Shown piece by piece: positions 1 to 12,200 of a stretch of DNA of 64,000 nucleotides. A program made the position numbers and the translations under genes. The notes below the pieces were generated by a model. It ran no database searches and had not been told where the DNA came from. It saw nothing but the letters and a program-made list of their open reading frames with translations. Position 1 is the first letter of the stretch. Each line of letters begins with the position of its first letter. This DNA comes from Octopus sinensis (Eukaryota): positions 113,770,001 through 113,834,000 of the forward strand of contig NC_043000.1 in assembly GCF_006345805.1 (NCBI RefSeq), read 5' to 3'.

Positions 1-742
1 CCTAATTCTCCCTCTATTGAACATGCTAACTAAATTACTATCTCCCGTAATTAGCATAATAATTAAAATTGCAATTAACTAATACCGTATTTTCCAAAGC
101 AGATTTATTTCTAATCAACTCTAATACTCGCTGCATTAATTATAGTAACACTAAATTATTGTCATCCGTATTTACCATTATAATTATAATTGACTAATTT
201 AGTATTTTCCACGCTTCATTGATTTCTGATGAAATTTCCAATATTCCCTGTATTGACACAAAGTATTTTTCCGAAGTGAACAACGTCCTTGAGTATTGTA
301 TTTGAGTCATGTATTCTAGAATAGACTCAAAGAATCTTATCGCTCATCTTACTTCTGAGCTGGTTCTCCGTCGGTCAACGGAACATCCGGCTCGTGAAAT
401 TAACTTGCAAGTGGCTGAGCATTCCACAGACACGTGTACCGTTAATGGAGATCTCGGAAAGATTCAGCGAGAACTGAATGTGTCAAGGCTTGTCCTTTAA
501 ATTACAGGCACAACTCGTTCTTGTCAACTGAATGGACCGGAGCAACGTGAAAAAGTGTCTTGTTCAAGGAGACAATGCACCGCCTGGAATCGAACTCCAG
601 ACCTTACTATCGTGAGCCGAATACCCTAACCACTGAGCCACGTGCCTTCACTTATCCTACTAATGGTCAGTAATGAAAATAGTGTTTTTATTCCAGTTTA
701 CCACACGCTTAAATCTGTGCAGACGATAGACAACTGTAATAA

Positions 743-969
743 GGCGGCGAGCTGGCAGACACGTTAGCGCGCCGGAGGAAATGCTTAGCGGTATTTCGTC
801 TGCCGTTACGTTCTGAGTTCAAATTCCGCCGATGTCGACTTTGCATTTCATCCTTTCGGGGTCGATAAATTAAGTACCAGTTACGCACTGGGGTCGGTGT
901 AATCGACTTAATACCTATGTCCTTGTTTGTCCCCTCTGTGTTTATCCCCTTGTGGGTAATAAAGAAATA
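743..969 (+). mobile_element. SINE family A monomer (GGCGGCGAGCTGGCAG head; core GCCTTTCATCCTTTCGGGGTCGATAAATTAAGTACCAG)
   Basis: Same sequence recurs more than 20 times in the window; tRNA-like A/B boxes (TGGCAGANNCG, GAGTTCAAATT). Confidence 0.9.
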
Positions 970-1024
970 GATAGACAACTGTCAGTTTTAAATAAAGCAA
1001 GAGGCAAAAAACAAATAATTTTAC

Positions 1025-1139
1025 CCGATTCTTGTCCTTGAGGAAGAAAAGACAGATGAAGAAGAAAGACATGAAAACATTCATGGTTAAATATATCATG
1101 GTGATCCGCCAAAGGTGAAGCATCTCTGGGAGAGTTACA
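1025..1139 (-). CDS. MFSD1: MFSD1-like coding exon 12 (115 bp; VTLPEMLHLWRITMIYLTMNVFMSFFFICLFFLKDKNR)
   Basis: Acceptor cctgttcttatttcag, donor CGG|gtaaaa; TM12; AG+T=Ser across the intron. Confidence 0.9.
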
Positions 1140-4100
1140 CTGAAATAAGAACAGGAAAAAAACAATTTATATTATAAAATAGTTACAATTTTATCAGCAC
1201 AAACGAAGATATCTGAAAAAGTGTTACAGTTCCAAGGGAGATAATGAAAGCGAAAAAAAGTTTTAGAAGGGACGTTACCGAAAAGCAGACGACTAAATCA
1301 CAATTTCTAGAGAAAAATATTTTTTTAAAAATTACCAGTTATCGTTAAGCTATGGCAGTGCATAAATATAAGACTAAAGCTGCCGTTGATTAGCTCCAAG
1401 AGGCCACCGCCTCTAGCTAGCTATATGACACACGAACCTGTATCCATTATAACCTTCGAACAAGGGAGGTCAGCCGCTTCCCCTTGCTGCCCAGATAACT
1501 TCAATTTTACATGAAATAATTTCAGAAAAAGTAGATATTTCTATTTAGTGAATTTACGTTGGAGTAGTACTTCAAATTGTATTTCGGTATTACAGTGCAA
1601 TTGTAATAATAGCTTAAATTGTCTATTTACCGCTAACATCTTTTCAGAAATAAGTGTGGGTTTTTTTTTTTTTTTTTTTTTTGTAACGGTCGTGTATGGA
1701 GGAGAGACCAGAAAACATATGTTACACATGATGGGACGACTTTACGAATTTGGTGAGTGAGTCAGCTGCAGAAAGTACTTTTATCAGTACTTTTCGCCGA
1801 ATACTGAAATTCAACGGCTACATTTGAAGTATCTGGTTAGTGGAAGAAGAAAAAAGCTATTGCAAAACAATGGTTCTAACATGCAACTCTCATATTTCCT
1901 CGTCTGCTGTCAGTCGTCGCAATTTTGGCTGTCCATGGTTTTGACATGACTTGATAAGCCAGAAAAAAAAAAAAAAAAAAAAAAGAAATATGGCCAGTAT
2001 GGAGAAAGCTTGCGTTTGCAATTTATTATGATCAGTTGCTTTCCACTTCATATTCGCTTTGCAGTATCTGAATCTCAGATTTTTTCATGGGTTCTTTTCT
2101 CCTTGCAAATTTGAGAGTATAGAATATGTCTGAGGAACCTGTTCCTGTATATCCTGTGTACGTGTTCCAACCAGCATAAATTTCTATCAAAGAGGATTTC
2201 CGTCAAACACACAGCAACGATAAATCATGTAACCAGAAAAAAATTGGTTTTGGCATCAGTGAGTGTTTCCCAATGTTGTGAAAAAACGTATTTCCAACAG
2301 GAAATACAAGAAAAATCATGTTTCCATATGGGGCATACTAAACTGATGTACAATTAATGGTGTAGATTCGTTAAAAAGGTTTCTGTCGCAATCGTTCTGT
2401 CCACTACTCGAGAACTCATGAAAAGGTCTCCAGGATTAGGGGTTAGTTTAAAACTCCAGACGTTGATTGGAAGCGAGTGAACAGAACTAGGGTCTGGCGA
2501 TGGAGTTTCAGCCAGTTGAAGTGATGGCAGCATTTATGAAGCTTTGATAAAATTAATTATGTAATCCATGATTTCCATCCATTTGCTGTGATGTAGTTGA
2601 TGGAAACCGGAACTGGAGATTGTCGGGGTCGACGTAAGCAGAATGATCGAAGGATATACACTAAACGTGTTAATGCTTTGTGAACTGTGGAAGAATGGTG
2701 AAGTTTATCATTGGGGATAAATTTGTCATAAATAAGAGCGGTAACTTTCATATGAGGTTTAAAAGAGTTTCGCCCCTTGCAAATAAAACAATGTTATTTG
2801 GTCTGAATATTTTTCATATCAAAATCGGCTTTTGCAATTTAATTTTGAAGGAGAGGAAAATGTCCTTTTATGAAAGAAAAACCTTGAATATTTAAAGCAG
2901 AGATTCTGTAACGGAACTGAAATGTGGATAAAAGTAACAGTAGCTTTTTTAAAAAAAAAAGCTGACGAATTTAAAAAATCTAAATCAGAAATATTAAATT
3001 TTTAAATATCTCAGAGATATGTACGGTGGTGGGTCGATAGAGTGGTTGTATACTGTCAACTTAACGTGACAGTAAGGGAATTACACCACCGCTGTTTAGC
3101 CCTAGGAAGCATCGACGCTTCATGTCGGCCTCAACACATTTCCTGTGTCATATATTTACGAAGGGGAGACAAATACCCCCAACAGCTAGGCCTGCATCTA
3201 GAGACACGCATGTTTCAGGGTATTTGCCCATCATCGGTCTAGAGTAGCAGAGGCCTGCTAGCTGAAGACATCTGTCTAGACTTCGTAAATATATATATAA
3301 ATTTTAGCAGGCCTCAGCTACTCTAGACCGATGATGGGCAAATACCCTGAAACATGCGTGTCTCTAGATGCAGGCCTAGCTGTTGGGGGTATTTGTCTCC
3401 CCTTCGTAAATATATAAGGACACAGGAAATGTGTAGGGCTAAACAGCGGTGGTGTAATTCCCTTACTGTCACGTTAAGTTGACAGTATACAACCACTCTT
3501 TAAAAATCTAGTTTCATAGGATACTCTGCAACTGACTTCATGATCTCTCCAAGACTGAGATGGTCAGAAGCAGCGGTTCACTGATTACATTCCATAGTTT
3601 CTCATTCCTACCAATAATTCAAATCTCTTGGTTATAAGCTGCTTGTCTTCAAGAGGTTGAAGAATTGGCAAACACCTCTTAAACTTCGCTCTAATAATGA
3701 AGCATTCATGGAACTTCATGGAACTTCATGGAACTTCATGGAACTTCATGGAACTTCATGGAACTTCATGGAACTTCATGGAACTTCATGGAACTTCATG
3801 GAACTTCAGAACATAGCCGGTCCTTTTATTATTTCAAAAATACAATGACTCAAAACTGTAAAGGTAGAAACAGCCCAAATATGGCTGTCTTTTGCAGTAA
3901 CCAAGAATACCATGTAGAGAGAGTTTCTTGTTAACTTTAAACCAAAGTTAGGCTCTAAAGACAACTTCCAAATTTCCAATAATCAGTCTTAATTTTGATG
4001 TCTTCTCAAAAACGAAACGGCATCTTTTCCAAAACCTATGAATTTTCTTTTCAATGAAATTCTTCAAGTCTCAGATTCTGTATTTTGATTATGTACCATG

Positions 4101-6158
4101 TTAGAAGGTTTGGCTTTTTTCTCATTGCTTATACCAATTGCATGAAGGCTTGGAAAGTGATCTATGTTTCTTGTCAGTTAATTTGACATTTTTAAAATTA
4201 CAAAAATCTGTTTAATTCAGATGACAGCATTCACGTTGCACTGACAATATAACTGAACTCAAAATTGATTCGAAAATTTTTGGAATTAAATAGTAACTGC
4301 TGGAAGGAACGCTGTATTTCGTTACACAACCAAAACATACGACTAAGTACATTAAAGGCCTATAAGTCAATACTTTGTCCTACCTGTGTTAGCAGTGCGA
4401 GTCAATCGCTTCTTAAAGTTCTGTATAGATTTTCTATAGAAGCAGAGCCAGTTGTGAAATTTGCTATGTTCCGTATGCGAATCTGTCTATGCAAACAATG
4501 CGATCGAAGTGCTAGAAGTGCTAGAAATTTCTGAAGAAAATCTTTAGAGTTAACTTTTAAAAGTTATTAAAGTTTTATGTTCTTCAACCTTATTTGTTTT
4601 TTGTTGTTTTTTGTTTGTTTGTTTTTTTTTGTTTGTTTTTTTTTTACACCAACTTTACCATTTTCTTTGACATTGAGCAAATAAACATTTCAAATATATG
4701 AAACGATTTTAAAATAAATTGAATTATTTTCGGTCACCTTTAAGTCTGGGACTAATTTAATCAAACCTGAAAAGATTTTGAGGTAACAAATCTTCACACT
4801 GATCTGAAAGGAAGAATTTTGCTCGTGGTATTCGCTGGACGCTTCAAGACTGATTATATTTACTTGGTTAATGTTTTTCAACAAATCAGTCCTCATCCAG
4901 CAGATTTATAACGTAACGCGTTTCAAACGTGGTGTGTTTTACACTATTTAAAGTATGTCTAAAGTATATTTCTGTTAAAACCTAATGAGAGTGGGGTTTC
5001 ACCTATTTATGGAGTCGCGGGTGACTGCGCAGAGATTCCCTTTTGACACCATTTAAAATAACGAACTTGTATATAGGGCTCAGGTGCATAATTCAAAAAG
5101 AGTTGCCGAAAGTGCATGAACCGAACATGGGAAAATGCACAAGACGTGAACAGTGAAGTTGTTAAAAGTTGTTAAAAGTTGTTAAAAGTTGTTAAAAGTT
5201 GTTAAAAGTTGTTAAAAGTTGTTAAAAGTTGTTAAAAGTTGTTAAAAGTTGTTAAAAGTTGTTAAAAGTTGTTAAAAGTTGTTAAAAGTCGTTAAAAGTC
5301 GTTAAAAGTCGTTAAAAGTCGTTAAAAGTCGTTAAAAGTAATTAAAAAAGTTGAAAGGGAAGTTGTTAAAAAACAGTATTGGCGAATTTCGAGAAATATA
5401 GAAGTTTTAAAGAATGTAAGGTCTCGACCGGTAACAACTAATGCAGAGAGTTTATTCCACCCTTCAGCAACTGAGCATGAAAGAAGGTTCCCGAAATATA
5501 TCAATAGTTTCATGAGGAATAACTGAGAAAAAAAAATGCAGTTCAAAACTCAATCAAAAAAATACGCTTACCTTTCGTCATGTTCAAGAATTTTACCGAC
5601 AACAAAGGATGTAGTTCCAACACCAATTGCCGTCAAAGACGTACAGATACCTAGACCAGATCCAAGTAAATGTGGCGGGATTACTTTGGTCATCACCGGC
5701 CAGTAACAGATCTAGATACAAAAGAAAATGATGACAATGTTATAACGTGGCACTCCGTCGGTTACGACGACGTGGGTTCCAGTTGGTCCAATCAATGGAA
5801 CAGCCTACACGTGCAGTCTTAACGTAGTTCTCGGGGTGATTCAGCGTGACACAAATTGATAAGACAGGCCCTTTGGAATACAGGTACAGCAGAAACAGGA
5901 AGAAAGAGTGAGAGAAAGTTGTGGTGAAAGACTATAGCAGAGTTCAACACCACCCACTGCCGGATCGTCGTGGAGCTTTAGGTGTTGTCGCTTAATAAAC
6001 ACTCACAACGGCCAGTCTGAGAATAGAAACCGTGATCCTACAACCCTAGCCACTGGGCCGTTGCGCCTCCACATGACAATGTTACAAATAAGACAAAATA
6101 CATGCGACAACAAAGAGAAGAAATAAGTAAAGAGAGTTGGAGAAGTAAAGAGCTGTAG

Positions 6159-6207
<49 letters not shown>

Positions 6208-9200
6208 CAATCAGAGAAGGAAGGAGGCGAACAGAGACACAGAAATAGTTTCTTAAATTTTACTGCAAAAGCAAATCGGCTGTATTAATTAATCGATATA
6301 TATATATTTGCAGCTTTTAACGATAAAATTACAAGGTCTCTTCTCACTGCCCAATGTTTAATAAATTCAACCATTTATTTTAAGTTTATAAAGGGCCGAA
6401 GACTAAATACATATCATAGGACCTAATTTCTTTTAACTTCCAGCTCGTCTTCCAACGTTAGTTCGATTTGGAAGAATCGTCAGAGCATCGAAAAAAAAAA
6501 AAAAAGAAATTAAAAAATGCATTGCGGTTTTTCATCCGGTTCTTTACGTTCTCTTTTTAATAAAGGAGATAAATTCTACCGAGTCCAAGCTTTGCTTTTC
6601 GTTCCTCCTGCATTGCTAAAACTGAGAAGAAAGGAAAACATCTGAAGCCGATGGAATAGACGAAGCCCCCACCCACCACCTCTTAATTACTGACCTTGTG
6701 TCTAAATATGAAATTACTTTAGTAGTACGGGACTCAAGCCTCTTCTTATCTCCTCAAAGACATACAGCATCTCGAAAGAGTCCAGAAGCTGGCTACCCGC
6801 ATGGTTTTTGGTCTCAAGAATTTGTCTTATGAAGAAAGGCTGAAGACGCTCGACCTTTATTCTCTAGAAAAACGACGACGCCGTGGTGATCTTATCCTTG
6901 CTCATAACATCATAAGCGGGAAGTGTAACCTCTCGAAAGAGCTGTTCTTCACTCCTGCTCCAGAGCGTCGGCTGCGGGGTCATTCCGAAAATCTCTATCT
7001 GCGACGATTTCATCTCAATCGAAGGAGAGGGGCTTTCTCCGTCCGGGTTGCGGATCCGTGGAATAAGCTGCCGGACGAGATGGTGAAGATGCCGACGACC
7101 GCTCGGTTCAAAGTCTCCCTTGACCTCAAGTGGCCTGAACTCTTTACCTGAACACCACCCTGTACATAACTCCATGTCCCCCTACATGGCCTTGCTTTTT
7201 GCGCCAAAGAATTAACTAATTAACTAACTAAGTCTTACAGAAAACCTTCTGGACACGATTAAGTGTTTCTTATATCTTATTCTCCAATCAACTGGCTACA
7301 ACCAACATACGGGCCAGCGGTTATAGGCGGTGGTGGTGGTGGGACTACTACTACTACTACTACTATCAATATTATTAATAAAGCGAGTTAGCAAAATCAT
7401 TAGCACGCTCGGCAAAATACTTCACGGCAATTCGTCCGTCATAGTTTTCCTAGTTCAAATTCTGCCGCGGTCGACTTAACCTTTTATCCTTTCGGGGTCG
7501 ATAAAATCAGTACCAATCGAACACTGGGGTCGATGTAATCGACTACGCCGCTCCCCAAAATATCAAGCTTTGTACCTATAATAGAAAGAATTATTATGAT
7601 CGTTAGCATGCCGGACAAAATGCTTAACAGCATTTCGTCCGGCTATACGCACTGACTAAATTCCACCGACGTAGACTTCGCCTTTCAGAGTCGATAAAAT
7701 ACCAGTTAAGTACCGGGGTCGATGTAATCGACTTACCCCAACCTTCCCAAAATTGCTGGCCTTGTGCCTATAAGGATCGTTATTTTTATAACGTATTATA
7801 ATAGTCTGGAAATCATCTCCATACATCCTCCAGACAAACCCTTCTTCTGGCGCACGCAGTACATTGTCAGTCACTTCTACAAGGTTTAAACTCCATCCAA
7901 AATTAAAACATTTCTACGAAATACTTCCGCCTCACAACAGTAATTATTCCTTCTACGTCTTTTTTTTTTTTTTTTTTCATTTGAGTCAAAGAACTATTCA
8001 ACTGGAACAACATCAGAACAGGGAATTCAAGAATTGTAAGGCATTGCTCAACGACACGAGATAAGGCAAATGAAATTTCGTTGAATGGAGTCTGAGTTGT
8101 CATTCAACTTGCTCAAACGGCAGCTAAAGTTCCTTTAAATTAATCCATTCTACTATTGACACAAAGCTTTAAATTGTGAGGGAGGGGACTAGTCGTTTAT
8201 ATCGACCCCATTGTTTCACTGGTACTTAATTTATTAACACCGAAAGAATGAAGGACAAAGTCGATCTCGGCGGAACTTAAATGAAGAACAGTCTTATATG
8301 CAGCACGGAATTTTGTCAGTGAACAGGTCGCGGTCTCAAAACGACGAAAATATTTTGACAAATTAAATTTAAATGTTGAAGTGAATCGAACGGTTTTTGT
8401 GCGTTTCTTAAATTGCTTATAAACATCTTCCACGCTGCAACTGTTTTCGTTCCAGCACACGATCTCAGATCAGGTCACTTGCTATGCAAGTACATCTCCG
8501 TAAGTCTTGAAACTTTAAGAAATCGTACAGGTTAAGGAAATTGTCTCCCTTGCATTAAGAAATCTAAATTACTTCCCATGCAAAAATTATTTCCCTTGTA
8601 TTCTTCTTTGCTGTACAGTATATGACTAACTTAATATCGAATAGGAGAGATTACTTTTAGCCGATAACTAAAACTAGATTATGGATATTTCATCACCCTA
8701 ATGACATCGAAATTTATTCTATAATCAAAAATACTTTCGTAACCAGATGCGACTAGGTATAGGGAACGATATTGATATCGGTTATTGTCGATATTTTTTG
8801 TACTCGAACATGGCCAGAGTGATAGAAGTATTTAGTGACATAAATGAACATCTTAAACTAAGATGCACAATAGCATTGAAATCAGGGGAAAAAAATCAGA
8901 CATCTTCCAACTCTGTCTTTAGCCTCGCATCGAAAGATGATAGGGGACAGTTACCCCTTCCTCTACCGACACTCCTTTCAAAATACACTAATATGACACT
9001 TCTATATTTCAGGGTTCCAAATTCGGTGTCGTTCTCGGGATCAGTGCTACTCAAAAGTGCATGAAACAATTTATTCAACGTAAAGATAGACGAAATGCCG
9101 ATAAGCATTTGTCTGGTATGCTAACGATCCTGCCAGCTCGCTGCCTTTAGGTGGTTTCGATATTAGCGAAAAGTACTACGTTGATACACCAGTATGACCA

Positions 9201-12200
9201 TAGTGATGATTAGAACCAGTAAAAAAAATAACAAATAAAGTGAAAACTTCTTACCACACAGACAGTAAGACTTAATCCAATCCAGACGGTGCATATAATC
9301 GTGTTTAAGCCGGTATAAGCCAACACCAAAAACACGGGCAGCAGGGAGAGGATACCAATAAATAACATCCGTTTCACAGATTTTGTGTAATCCTAGAAAG
9401 TATAAAAGAATGAAAAAAAGATGAGGAGGGTGGTTAGACGTTATCGTAACCTCATCGATACGTTGTATATTGTCATTGAGAATCAATAAAAGTCGGGGGG
9501 AAAATAATGAGGGCCAGTGTTGGAATCCGCTAAATACAGGGCGTTCAAAAAGTCTCTCCGCAGTGTTTTATTGCAAAATGAATGCTTATAACATGGTATA
9601 AGACTACAAAAGAATATATTAGACTTTACAAGACTATAAAAAAACTTTATAAGCGGTATTGAAAGTGTCGTCCTTCATTTTCAATACGTGAGTTGACTCT
9701 ACACATGTTTTGAAATACATCTTGGAGTCTGACGCGCTATGGACTGTGTGAAGGGTGCGAAAAAATTCACTGCGGAGAGACTTTCTGAACACCCTGTATA
9801 AAATTTTCACAATCTTATCTTTCACCTCTCAGTCATTTGACTGCGGCTATGCTGGAGCACCGCTTTGAAGAATTTTTAGTTCAACGAATTGACCCCAGGA
9901 TTTTTTTTTTAAGCCTGGTACTTATTCTATCGGTCTTTTGCTGAACCGCTTATTTTCAGGGACGTAATTACACCAATACCAGTTGTCAAGCGGTGGGGGT
10001 AACACACACGCTTCTTTCAGTTTCCGCCAAGCAAATTCACTCAAGGCTTTGGCCAGACTGAACCCGGAACCATGTGGCTGGGAAGCAAGCTTCTTACCAC
10101 ACGGCCATGCCTGCGCCTATGTGTACATTTTTTTTAAAATTTAGATAAACAGTAACATTCCCGGCAGACTTTTCCCACCCATGAAAGGACTAAGGGTCAG
10201 AGTAACGTACTTTCTTTTAAATTCTAAGGTCTTTGTATATCATCGTCGTTGTTGTTGCTGGTGGCCTATTCCTATAATTGAGGATGCACTCCATTTACGA
10301 AATCTCAGAGTAAATTGAAGGATTGTACAAGCAAGGGTATTTATGTGGTCGCTAAACTGGCTAGAGATAGCAAAATGCTCTTGAAGTCACACACCCAGTC
10401 CCAAATATCTTGAAAGTTAGTTTGATAAATGAGTTTTATTGATCAGATGAAAATCAGAGAAGGGTGAAAGAACCAAGATTGGACAAGATCCAATGACTGA
10501 TTTTATATTTAAGTTTATTAAATATAATTATTGGCGACAGAAGCAATTTTAACATCAAAAGGCAACCTTTACAGCTAGCTTAACTTGGATGCCTTGTTAG
10601 AACGCCGAATACTGCAACATTAGTATCTAGGAAAATGCTGATATATCCTGTATATTATTAGTGACCGGCTCCTTCCACTGATGAGGTCCAGTAGGCCGAA
10701 ATTACGTGATATGGAAATTCCGGAATCCACTACAGACGATTCGCGTTTGCTATGATCTATGTGTGTGCTTTTATGCACCAAGCTCCTACAAGAGGTTCTC
10801 TCAAGGCTAAAGTAATGAGGGCCATGGTGGTAGCCAATATAAATGTAAAACGCTTCTGAAGTAAAATAAATTATTCCACCGAGAAGACAGAAAAAGGTGA
10901 TAGAATCTACCAATTATACTAGTGATTATTTATCGATCCAGACACGACCACCGCTCTGAATTCAGTCAGCACCAGTGGAAGAAGTCTGGAATAGAAAAGG
11001 AACTGAAATATTTAATGGTAGGGCTTTATCGGCCGACTGCTTGCCCACTGATTTGGTAGACAGCAATGACCTAAAACAGTGGCTTCATTTGCTAGAAATA
11101 GCAGCCATATTAAACAAAAACTTCAGCGAACAACGTTGCCTCATTTACAAAAAGAATGGTCAAGATAAAGCACGTTTGATTAGAGATCTGATTTAGCAAG
11201 ATTAAAAGTTAAATACGAGGTTTGGTCAAAAAGTATCAGAACTGTTGCTTTGGTAACGGAGTTAAAGAGGCACATATTTATGTTGAACTGTCGCGCATGC
11301 ACACCACGTTATAACATTCTCACTTCCGTTGTTTGTGGCAGAGCTTGAAAGTAAAGCGTGCGGTCGTCTCTGCACACCAAGAAGTTTCCGCGAGTGACCG
11401 TGAATGACCAAGAGTGAGTGAGTGAGTGAGTGAGTGAGTGAATGACCAAGAGTGAGTGAGTGAGTGAGTGAGTGAGTGAATGACCAAGAGTGAGTGAGTG
11501 AGTGAGTGAGAGTGAATGACCAAGAGTGAGTGAGTGAGTGAGTGAATGACCAAGAGTGAGTGAGTGAGAGTGAATGACCAAGAGTGAGTGACCAAGAGTG
11601 AGTGAGTGAGTGACCAAGAGTGAGTGAGTGAGTGAGTGAGTGAGTGAATGACCAAGAGTGAGTGAGTGAGTGAGTGAGTGAGTGAGTGAGTGAGTGAATG
11701 ACCAAGAGTGAGTGAGTGAGTGAGTGAATGACCAAGAGTGAGTGAGTGAGTGAGTGAGTGAATGACCAAGAGTGAGTGAGTGAGTGAGTGAGTGAATGAC
11801 CAAGAGTGAGTGAGTGAGTGAGTGAGTGAGTGAGTGAGTGAATGACCAAGAGTGAGTGAGAGTGAGTGAGTGAGTGAGTGAGTGAATGACCAAGAGTGAG
11901 TGAGTGAGTGAGTGAGTGAGTGAGTGAATGACCAAGAGTGAGTGAGTGAGTGAGTGAGTGAGTGAATGACCAAGAGTGAGTGAGTGAGTGAGTGAGTGAG
12001 TGAGTGAATGACCAAGAGTGAGTGAGTGAGTGAGTGAGTGAGTGAATGACCAAGAGTGAGTGAGTGAGTGAGTGAATGACCAAGAGTGAGTGGGTGAGTG
12101 AATGACCAAGAGTGAGTGAGTGAGTGAGTGAGTGAGTGAGTGAATGACCAAGAGTGAGTGAGTGAGTGAATGACCAAGAGTGAGTGAGTGAGTGAGTGAG

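Noticed and set aside
1-742. Final stop-containing exon of the transporter
   Set aside because: No convincing phase-0 acceptor with family-like sequence; probably outside the window.
3261-3305. Hammerhead in the loop of the foldback (CTGAAGA...)
   Set aside because: No stem II closing onto GAAA; the loop partly duplicates arm sequence.
3705-3807. Heat-shock element array
   Set aside because: GAA and TTC are 1 and 3 nt apart, not the 2 nt required for nGAAnnTTCn.
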